DNA of 31,617 nt. It comes from a virus. Taxonomy: Duplodnaviria; Caudoviricetes. This document shows, piece by piece, positions 16,545 through 25,325 of the stretch. Below the pieces are notes generated by a model. The model saw nothing but the letters and a program-made list of their open reading frames with translations, made no database searches and was not told the origin of the DNA. Location of the stretch: positions 1 through 31,617 of IMG/VR virus record IMGVR_UViG_3300037790_000017, one strand, 5' to 3'. A program made the position numbers and the translations under genes. Numbering within the stretch: the stretch's first letter is position 1; every line of letters begins with the position of its first letter.

Positions 16545-19480
16545 GCAGCACGCTCCGGTGGCAAGCCTATCTTGTCCCAATTATCAATAATCTCGTTCGT
16601 GCGCTTGATATACAGGGCCATTTGCATAGTAAGGGTTTCCATCTTTCCAGATACGCCTGCAATCTTGCCAGCCATACTATCCATAGAATCGGCTTGTGAC
16701 TTGGTCAACACCCTTTCGCCTGAATGAAGCTCAGCGCGGTAGCCGTCATAAGGCACACGGTTAAGGCCGTCAGCGTGAGAGCCGTCTAGCCCCAAAAGCG
16801 CAAGCCTCTGTTGCGGATCGCCAAACAGGGTAAACCCGCCATAAGGAACATCCGTTCTAGTGTTGTTTACAGCCATTTTGCCGCGCGCCAAAACAGCGTC
16901 AATCTCAGACTGCAAAAGCCCGGTGAAATTTGCTATAGCCTCAGAGGTAAGCCCGCGCTCTGCATACTGCTGGAATGACAGGAAGGCGCGCTTAACGCTG
17001 TCCAATTCACTAAGGCCAGAGTCATAAGCAGCTACAACAGCCTCAGCAGCCTTCTTCTGCGCTTCCTGCATCTTGGTAAGCTCTGGCCCTGCTTCTTTTG
17101 CCATTTTTTCCATAGAGCCTGTCAGCAGCTTCACAGCTTCTTCCACGCTTGACGCAGCTTTGGCGGATTTAAGCAACTCCTCATCAAGCCCTGTGACGTG
17201 GTTAAGAAGCTCGCCCGTGAACATTGTCAACATCTGCTCAATGTCTTGCGCCGTTGTCATGCCGCCACGACCAAGGAATGTTCCCTGCGATCCTGCTTGG
17301 CCTTCTATGCCGACACCTGAAAGAGTCGCGCCGGAAAGGTCAATATTGCCGCCAGCGGCCCTGACAGCCTCGGTTATCATGGCGTCTACTTGGCGGAATC
17401 GCTCTATTTCTGCAAGCGCCTGCTGTTGTGAAGCCCTGTGAGCGACACCTGTTGCCCTGAATCCAGACGCGAAAGTTCCAGCATCGAACATCATTCCAGC
17501 CGCGCCCGCAGTTGGGGCAGTTAGCAATCCAGCGAATGATCGCTTGTACTGATCCGGGTCAGAGAAGTGCTTAGCTGCGCCAATAGCGGTTATGCCAAGC
17601 GCAGCCCACCCCAAGGGGCTGACATTGCCAAGACTGAAACCCCCGCCGCCTTGAGTCGGAACGCCTGTAGACCAATCTGCGCCAGCGCCTATCCCTCCGC
17701 TAGAGCCGCCACCAGAAAACAGACCGCCCAACGACCCAAGCAGTCCTCCACCAGAGCCGCCACCACCAAAATTAAACCCGCCACCAGACGGAGTAATGCC
17801 AAAAAGGTTCAAAGCCTTCAGTGCCAGCCACTCAGCCGCGATACGTTTTGCAGTAGCCACCGCAATATCACCCAATCGCTCAAACGCTGACCCGCCGTTG
17901 TCGGCAATGTCCAGTATGGTGTTGGTGACAAACTCGTGTGTTCGCTCCCAATTCCTTTGGGAAACTCTAGCCGCTTCTTCCTCTGCACGCTCCCTGCGCT
18001 TTGCACCATCCTCGGATACGGCAGTCCAGAAATCAACAGCCTTGGAATTATCGTCAACAGCATCCTTGACGCCCTGCATTCGCCATTCTGTCTCAGCCAG
18101 CATGGGGATAAAGTCAGAGTAGCTGGATTTAACTGTGGACAGAGAGCCAATCAGCTTATCTATTGCCTCGCGCTTTTGCTCAGTAGTCTGGAACGACAAC
18201 TTCATGACATTTGTTAGCAGCTTGACTTCACGGATATTGCGCTTGGTCTCCTCAGTGCTTTCTTTAAGCTCCTGCTGATTCTCCTGCTCCAGCTCGTTTG
18301 CCTTAGCCAATACTGAATTCATCAGCATTTGCCCCATTGTCATTCCTTCTGTCAATTGGGCGCGGCGCTGCGCCTGCCTAGCGTTCTCGCCAAGCAGGTC
18401 ATTAGCCATTTGAATAAGTTCGGCGTTATTAGTCACCGTGAGATTTTCGGCAAGCTGAATCTGTATCAGCTCTCGTTTATCCACAACAAGTGCTGCCACA
18501 GCATCTCTGACCCGCTTCAGCATCATTTCGTGCCGCTCAAGGTCTGTTTTCCCACCACTAACAGCATCGTTAAAGGCAATTTGGAATTTTGTCGCTTCTT
18601 CAGTTTCCCTTGTGAAGCCCACAATAAACTCTGTCACAGAAACTATCGCGCTACCGAATGCGCTTGTAGCGCCCTTGACCGTTTCGCTAGAGCCAACGAA
18701 TTCCAGAAGGTTGTTTTTGGCTACCTCCATGTTCTGCCCGAACGTGGCCGACATTTTGCTGAAAGTTTGGTCTATTTCGCCAGAAGCCTGCTGCAATGCC
18801 TTGACCACGATTTCTGAAGTTATGCCGCCTTCGGCAGCAAATGCGCGCAATTCGCCCCTAGTCATCTTCAGGGAGTCGGCAATAGCCTGCATCAAGATCG
18901 GGGATTGCTCAGATACCGAGTTAAATTCTTCGCCGCGTAGTGCGCCAGCCGCCAATCCCTGAGAAAGCTGCGTAATGGCGTTAGCGGCCTCTTGAGAGGT
19001 AGCCCCGGAGACTGCAAATGACTTGTTTATGGTCTCAGTAAGTGCAATTAGCTCTATTTGAGTCAAATTCATTGACTCTGTAGACCTTGCAAGCCTTGTA
19101 TACAGATTTGCAGTGGACTCAAAGCCTGATCTTGACCTATTCGCCGATTCCATCAGCAAATTTTGAGTGTGAGTCAGGTCTTCAGTCTCTTTTTGGACGG
19201 TTTTTAGCTGGTTTGTGACGTTTTGCCACGCATCGGCGTACCTAACAACCTCCCTAATGGCTAAAGCAGCAGCAACAGCGCCAATGGCGCTCTGAATTTT
19301 GTTCAGAGATTTTTTTACGCCAGCGCCCATATCCATAAATCGCTGGTCTATGCGTTTTGTGCTTTTATCAATCGTAGCAGTGCCCGCCTGCACAGATTTC
19401 TCAGCCTTTGCAAGCTCGCGCCGGAGTCCTTCCGTCGTGGCGTCTATCCTTAATAGTAAGTCTGCTACGTCAGTCGCCAT
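16541..19480 (-). CDS. Tail tape measure protein
   Basis: 979 aa; AITQLSQGLAAGALRGEEFNSVSE tape-measure motif; C-terminal HADGLNRVPYDGYRAELHSGERVL; follows the tail chaperones. Confidence 0.92.
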   Translation of the reverse strand: MATDVADLLLRIDATTEGLRRELAKAEKSVQAGTATIDKSTKRIDQRFMDMGAGVKKSLNKIQSAIGAVAAALAIREVVRYADAWQNVTNQLKTVQKETEDLTHTQNLLMESANRSRSGFESTANLYTRLARSTESMNLTQIELIALTETINKSFAVSGATSQEAANAITQLSQGLAAGALRGEEFNSVSEQSPILMQAIADSLKMTRGELRAFAAEGGITSEIVVKALQQASGEIDQTFSKMSATFGQNMEVAKNNLLEFVGSSETVKGATSAFGSAIVSVTEFIVGFTRETEEATKFQIAFNDAVSGGKTDLERHEMMLKRVRDAVAALVVDKRELIQIQLAENLTVTNNAELIQMANDLLGENARQAQRRAQLTEGMTMGQMLMNSVLAKANELEQENQQELKESTEETKRNIREVKLLTNVMKLSFQTTEQKREAIDKLIGSLSTVKSSYSDFIPMLAETEWRMQGVKDAVDDNSKAVDFWTAVSEDGAKRRERAEEEAARVSQRNWERTHEFVTNTILDIADNGGSAFERLGDIAVATAKRIAAEWLALKALNLFGITPSGGGFNFGGGGSGGGLLGSLGGLFSGGGSSGGIGAGADWSTGVPTQGGGGFSLGNVSPLGWAALGITAIGAAKHFSDPDQYKRSFAGLLTAPTAGAAGMMFDAGTFASGFRATGVAHRASQQQALAEIERFRQVDAMITEAVRAAGGNIDLSGATLSGVGIEGQAGSQGTFLGRGGMTTAQDIEQMLTMFTGELLNHVTGLDEELLKSAKAASSVEEAVKLLTGSMEKMAKEAGPELTKMQEAQKKAAEAVVAAYDSGLSELDSVKRAFLSFQQYAERGLTSEAIANFTGLLQSEIDAVLARGKMAVNNTRTDVPYGGFTLFGDPQQRLALLGLDGSHADGLNRVPYDGYRAELHSGERVLTKSQADSMDSMAGKIAGVSGKMETLTMQMALYIKRTNEIIDNWDKIGLPPERAA

Positions 19481-19733
19481 AAACTCGTGTCTCCGGCCTC
19501 TGGATGATGCTGGTCAAAAGGCCCGTCATGGGCTTTGGTTTTTCCTTCTCCGGAGCCGCGCCCGGCGTGGTCATCCTTACCCACTTAATCTTAGCCTCAA
19601 GCGCCGTGTTGATCTCCGGCACCGTGGCGTTCCATGCCTCGCTTGGCGACCACCCTAGCCAGCCGGTAGCTATTCCAAAAAGATGCTCTAAATACGCATC
19701 CTCTGATAGCGGTTCGCTTACTCCGGCCTGTGC
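19470..19733 (-). CDS. Tail assembly chaperone, -1 frameshift extension (gpGT-like)
   Basis: Open -1 frame AQAGVSEP...GWLGWSPSEAWNATVPEI...VYGD entered at A_AAA_AAG (19739-19733); absent from the ORF track. Confidence 0.75.
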   Translation of the reverse strand, partial: AQAGVSEPLSEDAYLEHLFGIATGWLGWSPSEAWNATVPEINTALEAKIKWVRMTTPGAAPEKEKPKPMTGLLTSIIQRPETRVYGD

Positions 19734-20041
19734 TTTTTTGGCTCGTCACTTCCCTTTGGATTCATCAAGGCAGTAACGAACGGAACTACCTGCTCGGTAG
19801 CGTCTGCAATCCCTTGGTTATAGACTGCCTGTTCAATATCCTGCATCTGAGCAGGCTTTGCGTTACAACCAGCAGCGACGATCAGAGCAATGTTTTCAAC
19901 ATTCAACTGACCTACCGCTTCCAAAGCTCCGCGCAAACCACCAAAGCGGGCCTGTATTTTCTTCATTGCTAAAAGGCTGGGGCGCAGCTCGTACTGCTCC
20001 CCATCCAGATCAACGGTAATAACTCCGTGATTCAAGCTCAT
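19718..20041 (-). CDS. Tail assembly chaperone (gpG-like)
   Basis: Lies between the major tail and tape measure genes; slippery site near the 3' end. Confidence 0.8.
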   Translation of the reverse strand: MSLNHGVITVDLDGEQYELRPSLLAMKKIQARFGGLRGALEAVGQLNVENIALIVAAGCNAKPAQMQDIEQAVYNQGIADATEQVVPFVTALMNPKGSDEPKKHRPE

Positions 20042-20499
20042 GAACGAATCTCCACAACAAAGCCAGTGTTGTTAGTCAGCATGAATTCAACGGTTGCAAC
20101 ATCTTCATTTGCACCGCCTGGAAACGGATCGTTACCCACCAGACCAGACCAGTAAACAGTCGTCGGGTTGGTAGCATCGTCATTGTAAACAAGTTTGAAA
20201 TTGTAGTTTGACTGCTGGGAAACCAGAGCAGCAGCGCGAAGGGCTACTTGTCCGGCATCTTCAGGATCATAACCACACGTCAAAGTAATGTTCTGACCGG
20301 CGCGGGTAGTTTTCAACTGGCGCTCACGGGCATCAGTCAGGGCCGCAAACGATGTGAAGTTTTGAGTATCTACCAGATCGCTGATTGTCTGAGCTTCGCC
20401 AATCTCGGTATAAGTATCAGCCTCGTAGCTCGTCAGGTCATCAGCAGCAGCGGTAGTGCCGATATAGATTTTGGCATTAGCCATAGTGAATACAGACAT
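20038..20499 (-). CDS. Major tail tube protein
   Basis: KIYIGT, YDPEDAGQVALRAA; GGAGG RBS; position after the tail terminator. Confidence 0.8.
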   Translation of the reverse strand: MSVFTMANAKIYIGTTAAADDLTSYEADTYTEIGEAQTISDLVDTQNFTSFAALTDARERQLKTTRAGQNITLTCGYDPEDAGQVALRAAALVSQQSNYNFKLVYNDDATNPTTVYWSGLVGNDPFPGGANEDVATVEFMLTNNTGFVVEIRS

Positions 20500-20519
20500 T
20501 TTGCACCTCCTAGATGCTG

Positions 20520-20903
20520 TTAATGCTCAATAAGAGCTGAAAGCCGTAATTGGCCCATATACGTTACACCGTCTGGCTCCCTGTTGGTTTTCTTCGTCAT
20601 TACCAGCAGTTGTGCCACACGGCCTGCGCTCAAGGTCAGCGTCTTTTGATGCAAGGCAGTATCTATCGCCGCCATGATCTCTAACACTTCCTTTTGCCCC
20701 CTGTAGTCTGACCAGACGGCAAAGTACATCATCTTCCGTGTCTTGCGGTCACTTATGTAATCCGCGTTTAAATCGTCCTGAAAATCAATAGTCACATATG
20801 GATACGTCGCATCTTGCGGCACAGAGTCATAGACCGGAACCGACAAAGCCGCGTCAAGCGCAGTGTAAATAGCAGTCTGGAATTCAACTGATCTATCGGT
20901 CAT
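20520..20903 (-). CDS. Tail completion/terminator protein (DUF3168-like)
   Basis: FQTAIYTAL..PVYDSVPQDATYPYVTI, VWSDYRG. Confidence 0.85.
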   Translation of the reverse strand: MTDRSVEFQTAIYTALDAALSVPVYDSVPQDATYPYVTIDFQDDLNADYISDRKTRKMMYFAVWSDYRGQKEVLEIMAAIDTALHQKTLTLSAGRVAQLLVMTKKTNREPDGVTYMGQLRLSALIEH

Positions 20904-21367
20904 AGCGACTGCGCCTTTTTGATCGCACCTTCAATAACCTTGTTAACCCGATTGATTATACCATCTTTTTCACGATCCCACGCAGGCTGTAAAAAAGGTC
21001 TTGCAGGCATGGCTGGAATATCAGCAGACCGGCCAAAAGTATTATCGCCATTTGACAGCACTTTCTTTGATCCACCTTCAACCGATACTTTATGGCCCTT
21101 CGTTCCAAACTCAATAAACCGAGCATAAAAACCTTCCCGCTTGGCCTTCTTGGTTCGCAAGCCTACCTCACCCCTTAAACCATTAGCCGCCACATGAGCT
21201 GTAATCAAGTCCTCAAGGTTGCCAGTATCTCTAGGCACGCCCATGATTACCTCTTTATGCAGCTTGTTCACAGCGTCCTGCATGGCCGGTTTAATATCTG
21301 AATCGGTCTGAGTCAGAATACGGCGCATCTTTATGCGGGCGCGGGTGCTTGTGAATGATGAGGGCAT
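20900..21367 (-). CDS. HK97 gp10-like neck/tail component
   Basis: PRDTGNL, YARFIEFGT, MPARPFLQPAW. Confidence 0.9.
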   Translation of the reverse strand: MPSSFTSTRARIKMRRILTQTDSDIKPAMQDAVNKLHKEVIMGVPRDTGNLEDLITAHVAANGLRGEVGLRTKKAKREGFYARFIEFGTKGHKVSVEGGSKKVLSNGDNTFGRSADIPAMPARPFLQPAWDREKDGIINRVNKVIEGAIKKAQSL

Positions 21368-21699
21368 TACTGTGTCACGCCTCGCTCTGCTTCGATTTCC
21401 ATATACATGCTCCGATAACCTCTCGTTGCAATGTAGCGTATGTTGTAAGTAGCACCATTCCAGACTATTCGGTCTGAATCCTTTAAGTCTGATCTGTAGC
21501 GAATCACAAACAGGTACTTGGCCGGAGCCTCTACCCTGTCGTGCGTTCCAATCTCTTTGCCTGATCTTGGCCTAACATGAGCGAACAGGTCGGCAGCTAC
21601 ATCAGTAAGTGTGACCGTATCGCCGCCCATGCCGTCAGACGTTCTGACTTCGCGCTTGATCGTGATTAACTGGTCAAGCTCCCCGGCACGATACGTCAT
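21367..21699 (-). CDS. Head closure (head-tail joining) protein
   Basis: AGELDQLITI..DGMGG; IRYRSDL..DRIVW; position. Confidence 0.88.
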   Translation of the reverse strand: MTYRAGELDQLITIKREVRTSDGMGGDTVTLTDVAADLFAHVRPRSGKEIGTHDRVEAPAKYLFVIRYRSDLKDSDRIVWNGATYNIRYIATRGYRSMYMEIEAERGVTQ

Positions 21700-22298
21700 A
21701 GACCGTACTTCCTGTACTTGTTCAGCAATTGAGCGACAGAGAACTGAACCTCAGTAGATGATACGCCCGAACCAATAACCACCGCACCGCGAACATCGTA
21801 GAAGTGGGTGATCAGCAGATTCATAGCCTGGATCACTGCTTTAGGCGTCGAATGGCTATTGCCCGTCCCCGTTTCTCCAAACCCGGCGCGATAAACAACC
21901 GTCACAGAATTGGCTATGTCTTTTGTTTCCGGCCATTCATCGGCATTCCTCACGATTCTACCGGGTGTTGAATAGTCATCAGCAGTGAAATCAGCAAACG
22001 ACTGAGAATCTCCGGCAGCGTCCGTATAAGTAACACTCGTTACAGACAGTAGATTACTCATCGGAAGGGAGATGTATTTTTCATCAGGGAACGCATCAAG
22101 CTTTAAGGTGATCTCTTGTTCCAGAATAGCCAAATCAAGCTCTTTCTCACAGTATTCATAAGCAGCAGAAATACATCGTTCTATTACGTCATCTTCAGCA
22201 GAGTGCTGAACGCGCAAGTATTCCTTGGCTTCAGCCAATGTGACCGGGTAAAAGTCGGGGGCTTCGGTTACTTTCCAGCGGTTAGACTCGGCACCCAC
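21696..22298 (-). CDS. Head-tail connector/adaptor (HK97 gp6-like)
   Basis: PVTLAEAKEYLRV..EDDVI; VTVVYRAGFG; QAMNLLITHFYDVR. Confidence 0.88.
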   Translation of the reverse strand: MGAESNRWKVTEAPDFYPVTLAEAKEYLRVQHSAEDDVIERCISAAYEYCEKELDLAILEQEITLKLDAFPDEKYISLPMSNLLSVTSVTYTDAAGDSQSFADFTADDYSTPGRIVRNADEWPETKDIANSVTVVYRAGFGETGTGNSHSTPKAVIQAMNLLITHFYDVRGAVVIGSGVSSTEVQFSVAQLLNKYRKYGL

Positions 22299-22864
22299 GA
22301 TTCGTTAACCTCCCAAGGTCTAGGCTTACCATGAAAACAGATCACATCTGCGCTCTCAGGGGCTTGACCTTTCCTGATATGCGCCTTAAACGACATTATA
22401 CTATTGTTTGTTTCTAACTGCCATTGACGATGCGGCAAGTGGTCTGCTATGAATCCTTGATCTCCATGATTATTGTTTTTCCCCCTGTAAGTTATATCCG
22501 GGTTTTTCAACCAAGCATTCCAGACATGCTGCTTATCCTCGTTTCGGATGAACATCAATCCAGACGCAGAGCGATCAGGACAATAGAAGTCCTGAAGCAT
22601 TAGTGATGATTTAGAACAGGGATTCTTTAACGGTCGCCTGACTACCGTATCAAGATCGTAATACATCAGATCATCCCTTATTGACGGCCTGAACAATTCC
22701 ATTTTGCACCACCATTTAGGCCAGTCATACATCAGTGGAATAGTAGGCACGCCATCAATATCAATATCCGAAAGGCAGTAAATATTAGGCACTTGGCGGG
22801 CAAGCCACTTAACATGACTGGCGTTATACTCGCCTCCCGACCTTAATACACAAATGTTAATCAA
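22268..22864 (-). CDS. GT-A fold glycosyltransferase-like protein (GT8-like)
   Basis: YYDLDTVV (DxD), GDQGFI, VICFHGKPRPW; likely TTG start at 22864 (TTGA overlap). Confidence 0.75.
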   Translation of the reverse strand: MINICVLRSGGEYNASHVKWLARQVPNIYCLSDIDIDGVPTIPLMYDWPKWWCKMELFRPSIRDDLMYYDLDTVVRRPLKNPCSKSSLMLQDFYCPDRSASGLMFIRNEDKQHVWNAWLKNPDITYRGKNNNHGDQGFIADHLPHRQWQLETNNSIMSFKAHIRKGQAPESADVICFHGKPRPWEVNESWVPSLTAGK

Positions 22865-23550
22865 TGGTAATGCTCCGCTATCCATCTATGCTTGCTTATT
22901 GACGGGTCGCGCATGCCTGAAAAAAACACAATCTTGCAATTATCCGGCAGCCTGTCTCCGATGAGCCTTGCGTTATATACGCCTTCATCGGCTCCAACGA
23001 CCTTCGCGCTTTCAATTTTGTAGCTAATCCATGCCTGATCTGAACCTATTAATCTGCTTTGCTCGTTCATTATTCGCATCAGCTTAGGGCTTTCTTCAGA
23101 GTCAAAGTCATCCCACACATTATGATGGATTCCCGAATCCATAATTACCAATGATCCATTGTATTTTTGATCCGAGTAGCGGCCTTGTCCGTAACCATTT
23201 ATAACGAAAGGCTCTTGCAAGGTGAATATATCAGTAACGTCACCTGTAATTACGCAGTCAAGGTCAATCCATGCAAACCGCATTCCTAGCAGAGTTTCCA
23301 TCTCCGAGCTGAATAGCTTTAGCCTTCTATAGCAGCCACCAAGATCAGCAAGATCGTCCCACAGCTCTATGGTTTCACAATTCACGCCATCAGGCATATC
23401 CGTGATGCAGATTAGCTGATGCTCTATCTTTAGATTGCGCTTAAGCATTGACTCAAGTTTGTTCACATGATCGGCGCTGTAATCGCAGACATGAGGAAGC
23501 TGATAGCCGATACTCTTTCGCCGCCAAAGGAATGTCACAATTTTAAACAA
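22861..23550 (-). CDS. GT-A fold glycosyltransferase-like protein (GT8-like)
   Basis: LICITD, WIDLDCVI (DxD), YNGSL, SDQAWIS, IVFFSG. Confidence 0.75.
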   Translation of the reverse strand: MFKIVTFLWRRKSIGYQLPHVCDYSADHVNKLESMLKRNLKIEHQLICITDMPDGVNCETIELWDDLADLGGCYRRLKLFSSEMETLLGMRFAWIDLDCVITGDVTDIFTLQEPFVINGYGQGRYSDQKYNGSLVIMDSGIHHNVWDDFDSEESPKLMRIMNEQSRLIGSDQAWISYKIESAKVVGADEGVYNARLIGDRLPDNCKIVFFSGMRDPSISKHRWIAEHYH

Positions 23551-24233
23551 AGCATTTCTCCGAATTTATCAAGATCGCCCGATTGATAATTGCCCGCCCT
23601 AGGCCAGAATGTGAATTCACCGAAATACGGCTTGCCGCAATAATACAGATCAATCCTCACGTATCTAAACCCATCGGCCAGTCGCAAAGCTAAATCTGTC
23701 AACTCCTTCCAGGCGTTTTCGCCTGGATATACGCTTGAGTCCGGGCAGTGCGCCATCTTTTCGTCAAGGTGCAAGCTCAGGACATTCCCATGACTGTCAA
23801 ATATCGTCTCTTTGGGTGATTCAAAGCGATCAGAAATAACCTGAACCCAGCGAATCACACCATCTGATATGTGGAACTTATAGTCTGTCGAGTCTGGCAA
23901 AAGCTCCTCAATCATCACCAAGGCATCGGCATACTCATAAGCCCACTCGCCTTTTGATACGCCGTAAACTTTTGACAGCCTTGCCTGTATAAAATCCTTG
24001 CTCAGCAAATAATCCGACTCATTAAATAGAATCTTAGAGCTACCGCTATCGTGGCTACACTTAATCACGCATGGGTATTTGCTGGGCTTTTCTGGCTTTT
24101 TTGATACTAGCAACAAAGGAACCAAAAATTCAGAAGGAACAAGCGATCTGGCTTTTAGCTTGTCGCAGCATACTTTGTGCTTCTCTGTTCTGTCATTAAC
24201 CATCAACCACTTGATAATGCTATTGTAATTCAC
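23535..24233 (-). CDS. TupA-like ATP-grasp amide ligase
   Basis: VIKCSHDSG, IEELL..DYKFH, FRYVRIDLY, YFGEFTFWP motifs of the ATPgrasp_TupA family. Confidence 0.8.
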   Translation of the reverse strand: MNYNSIIKWLMVNDRTEKHKVCCDKLKARSLVPSEFLVPLLLVSKKPEKPSKYPCVIKCSHDSGSSKILFNESDYLLSKDFIQARLSKVYGVSKGEWAYEYADALVMIEELLPDSTDYKFHISDGVIRWVQVISDRFESPKETIFDSHGNVLSLHLDEKMAHCPDSSVYPGENAWKELTDLALRLADGFRYVRIDLYYCGKPYFGEFTFWPRAGNYQSGDLDKFGEMLCLKL

Positions 24234-24751
24234 TTCACAAATACCATTAGGTCAAGATTGCATCCGTATCTTGGGTAAGGCACTTCAATGATTGAATAAT
24301 CCCGCCCCACCAGATCGGCATATTCTTCAATGTCACGGTTAAACACAGGGGGGTTTCCGGGTCTTCGCCACTGCCTGCCCATGATCTCGCCTATCACGAT
24401 CCGGTCATACCCCTTGGCCTTCTCGATTATTTCCGGCAATTCATCGTCTGAAACGTGAAGTAGAACTGTATAAGCCAGAAACGTGTCAGCCTGTACCCAC
24501 TCGGTCGAATAGGTATGGCCGGGGTTGTTAGTCTTGGCCGCTTCCAATGCATTTGGGTTGATGTCAAAGCCCGTATAAGCCGACTTATCGAACGCAGGTG
24601 ATAGACGCCCGTCACCACAGCCAAACTCAAACACAGAGCCTTTGACGGCTTTCTCAAGCGCCTCAAACAATCCCTTTTCGGGGAATCTTTCACCGGGAGG
24701 CGTGATATGCACTAAGTCGCGGTTTGATTGCCAGTATTCAGCTGGGGTCAT
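24230..24751 (-). CDS. Class I SAM-dependent methyltransferase
   Basis: VFEFGCGDGRL motif I; GFDIN; YTVLLHVSD. Confidence 0.85.
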   Translation of the reverse strand: MTPAEYWQSNRDLVHITPPGERFPEKGLFEALEKAVKGSVFEFGCGDGRLSPAFDKSAYTGFDINPNALEAAKTNNPGHTYSTEWVQADTFLAYTVLLHVSDDELPEIIEKAKGYDRIVIGEIMGRQWRRPGNPPVFNRDIEEYADLVGRDYSIIEVPYPRYGCNLDLMVFVK

Positions 24752-25325
24752 TCAGTACGTCCTCTAGCGGCTTTCTCGGAATGGTTAGCGCGGTTTCTCT
24801 GGTGCAGTTAATCAACGGTATCCCCAAGGCGTCTAGGTCTAACCATATCTCGTCAAAACACTGAACCCACTTGCTGAGCATATCAGACGATGGGTTGCTG
24901 GTTTTTTTGTGGTCACCATGCCAGTGTGATTTGCCCCCGGTCATTTGCATATCGAACCCTAAGAGATAAATCTCCGCAGCGCCTAGAAGGTAAGCTAAGC
25001 CAACAGCCATATATCCCGAACTGCCCCCGGCGTGAATCTTATCCCTTCCTAGTCCTTTGGCTTTGGTTCCTGGCGCAAACAGAATATCAAAAGCCGTCGC
25101 AGCCTGCCTTGACCATGTAAATTTCATCCCCTTGAAGTCTTGCCAAATATCCCTATTTCGTTCCCACCAGTTAAAGTCGCACGCATACAAAGCATCAGCC
25201 CACGGAATCATCTTAGCCGTGGAATTTACTACGATGACTTTTTCGCCTTTGAGCTTTTGCGCGTCTTCTTGGGTGAGGCTGGGGCCGCTTGCGACGACAA
25301 AGACTCTTTGTCCGGCCCATTGGTT
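24738..25325 (-). CDS. DUF115/Maf-like sugar-transferase-type domain, probably expressed as a -1 frameshift fusion
   Basis: Frame open upstream of ATG 25211 with VFVVASGPSL...VIVVN; then SSGYMAVGLAYLLGAAEIYLLGFDM, HWHG, LINCT; no ATG/GTG/TTG before the SGPS motif. Confidence 0.7.
   Translation of the reverse strand, partial: NQWAGQRVFVVASGPSLTQEDAQKLKGEKVIVVNSTAKMIPWADALYACDFNWWERNRDIWQDFKGMKFTWSRQAATAFDILFAPGTKAKGLGRDKIHAGGSSGYMAVGLAYLLGAAEIYLLGFDMQMTGGKSHWHGDHKKTSNPSSDMLSKWVQCFDEIWLDLDALGIPLINCTRETALTIPRKPLEDVLNDPS

Noticed and set aside
22268-25211. Cassette considered as an O-antigen conversion (gtrABC-like) locus or a DNA methylation system
   Set aside because: No multi-TM flippase or transferase; the methyltransferase lacks DPPY/NPPY or PC motifs; DNA modification is disfavoured but not strictly excluded
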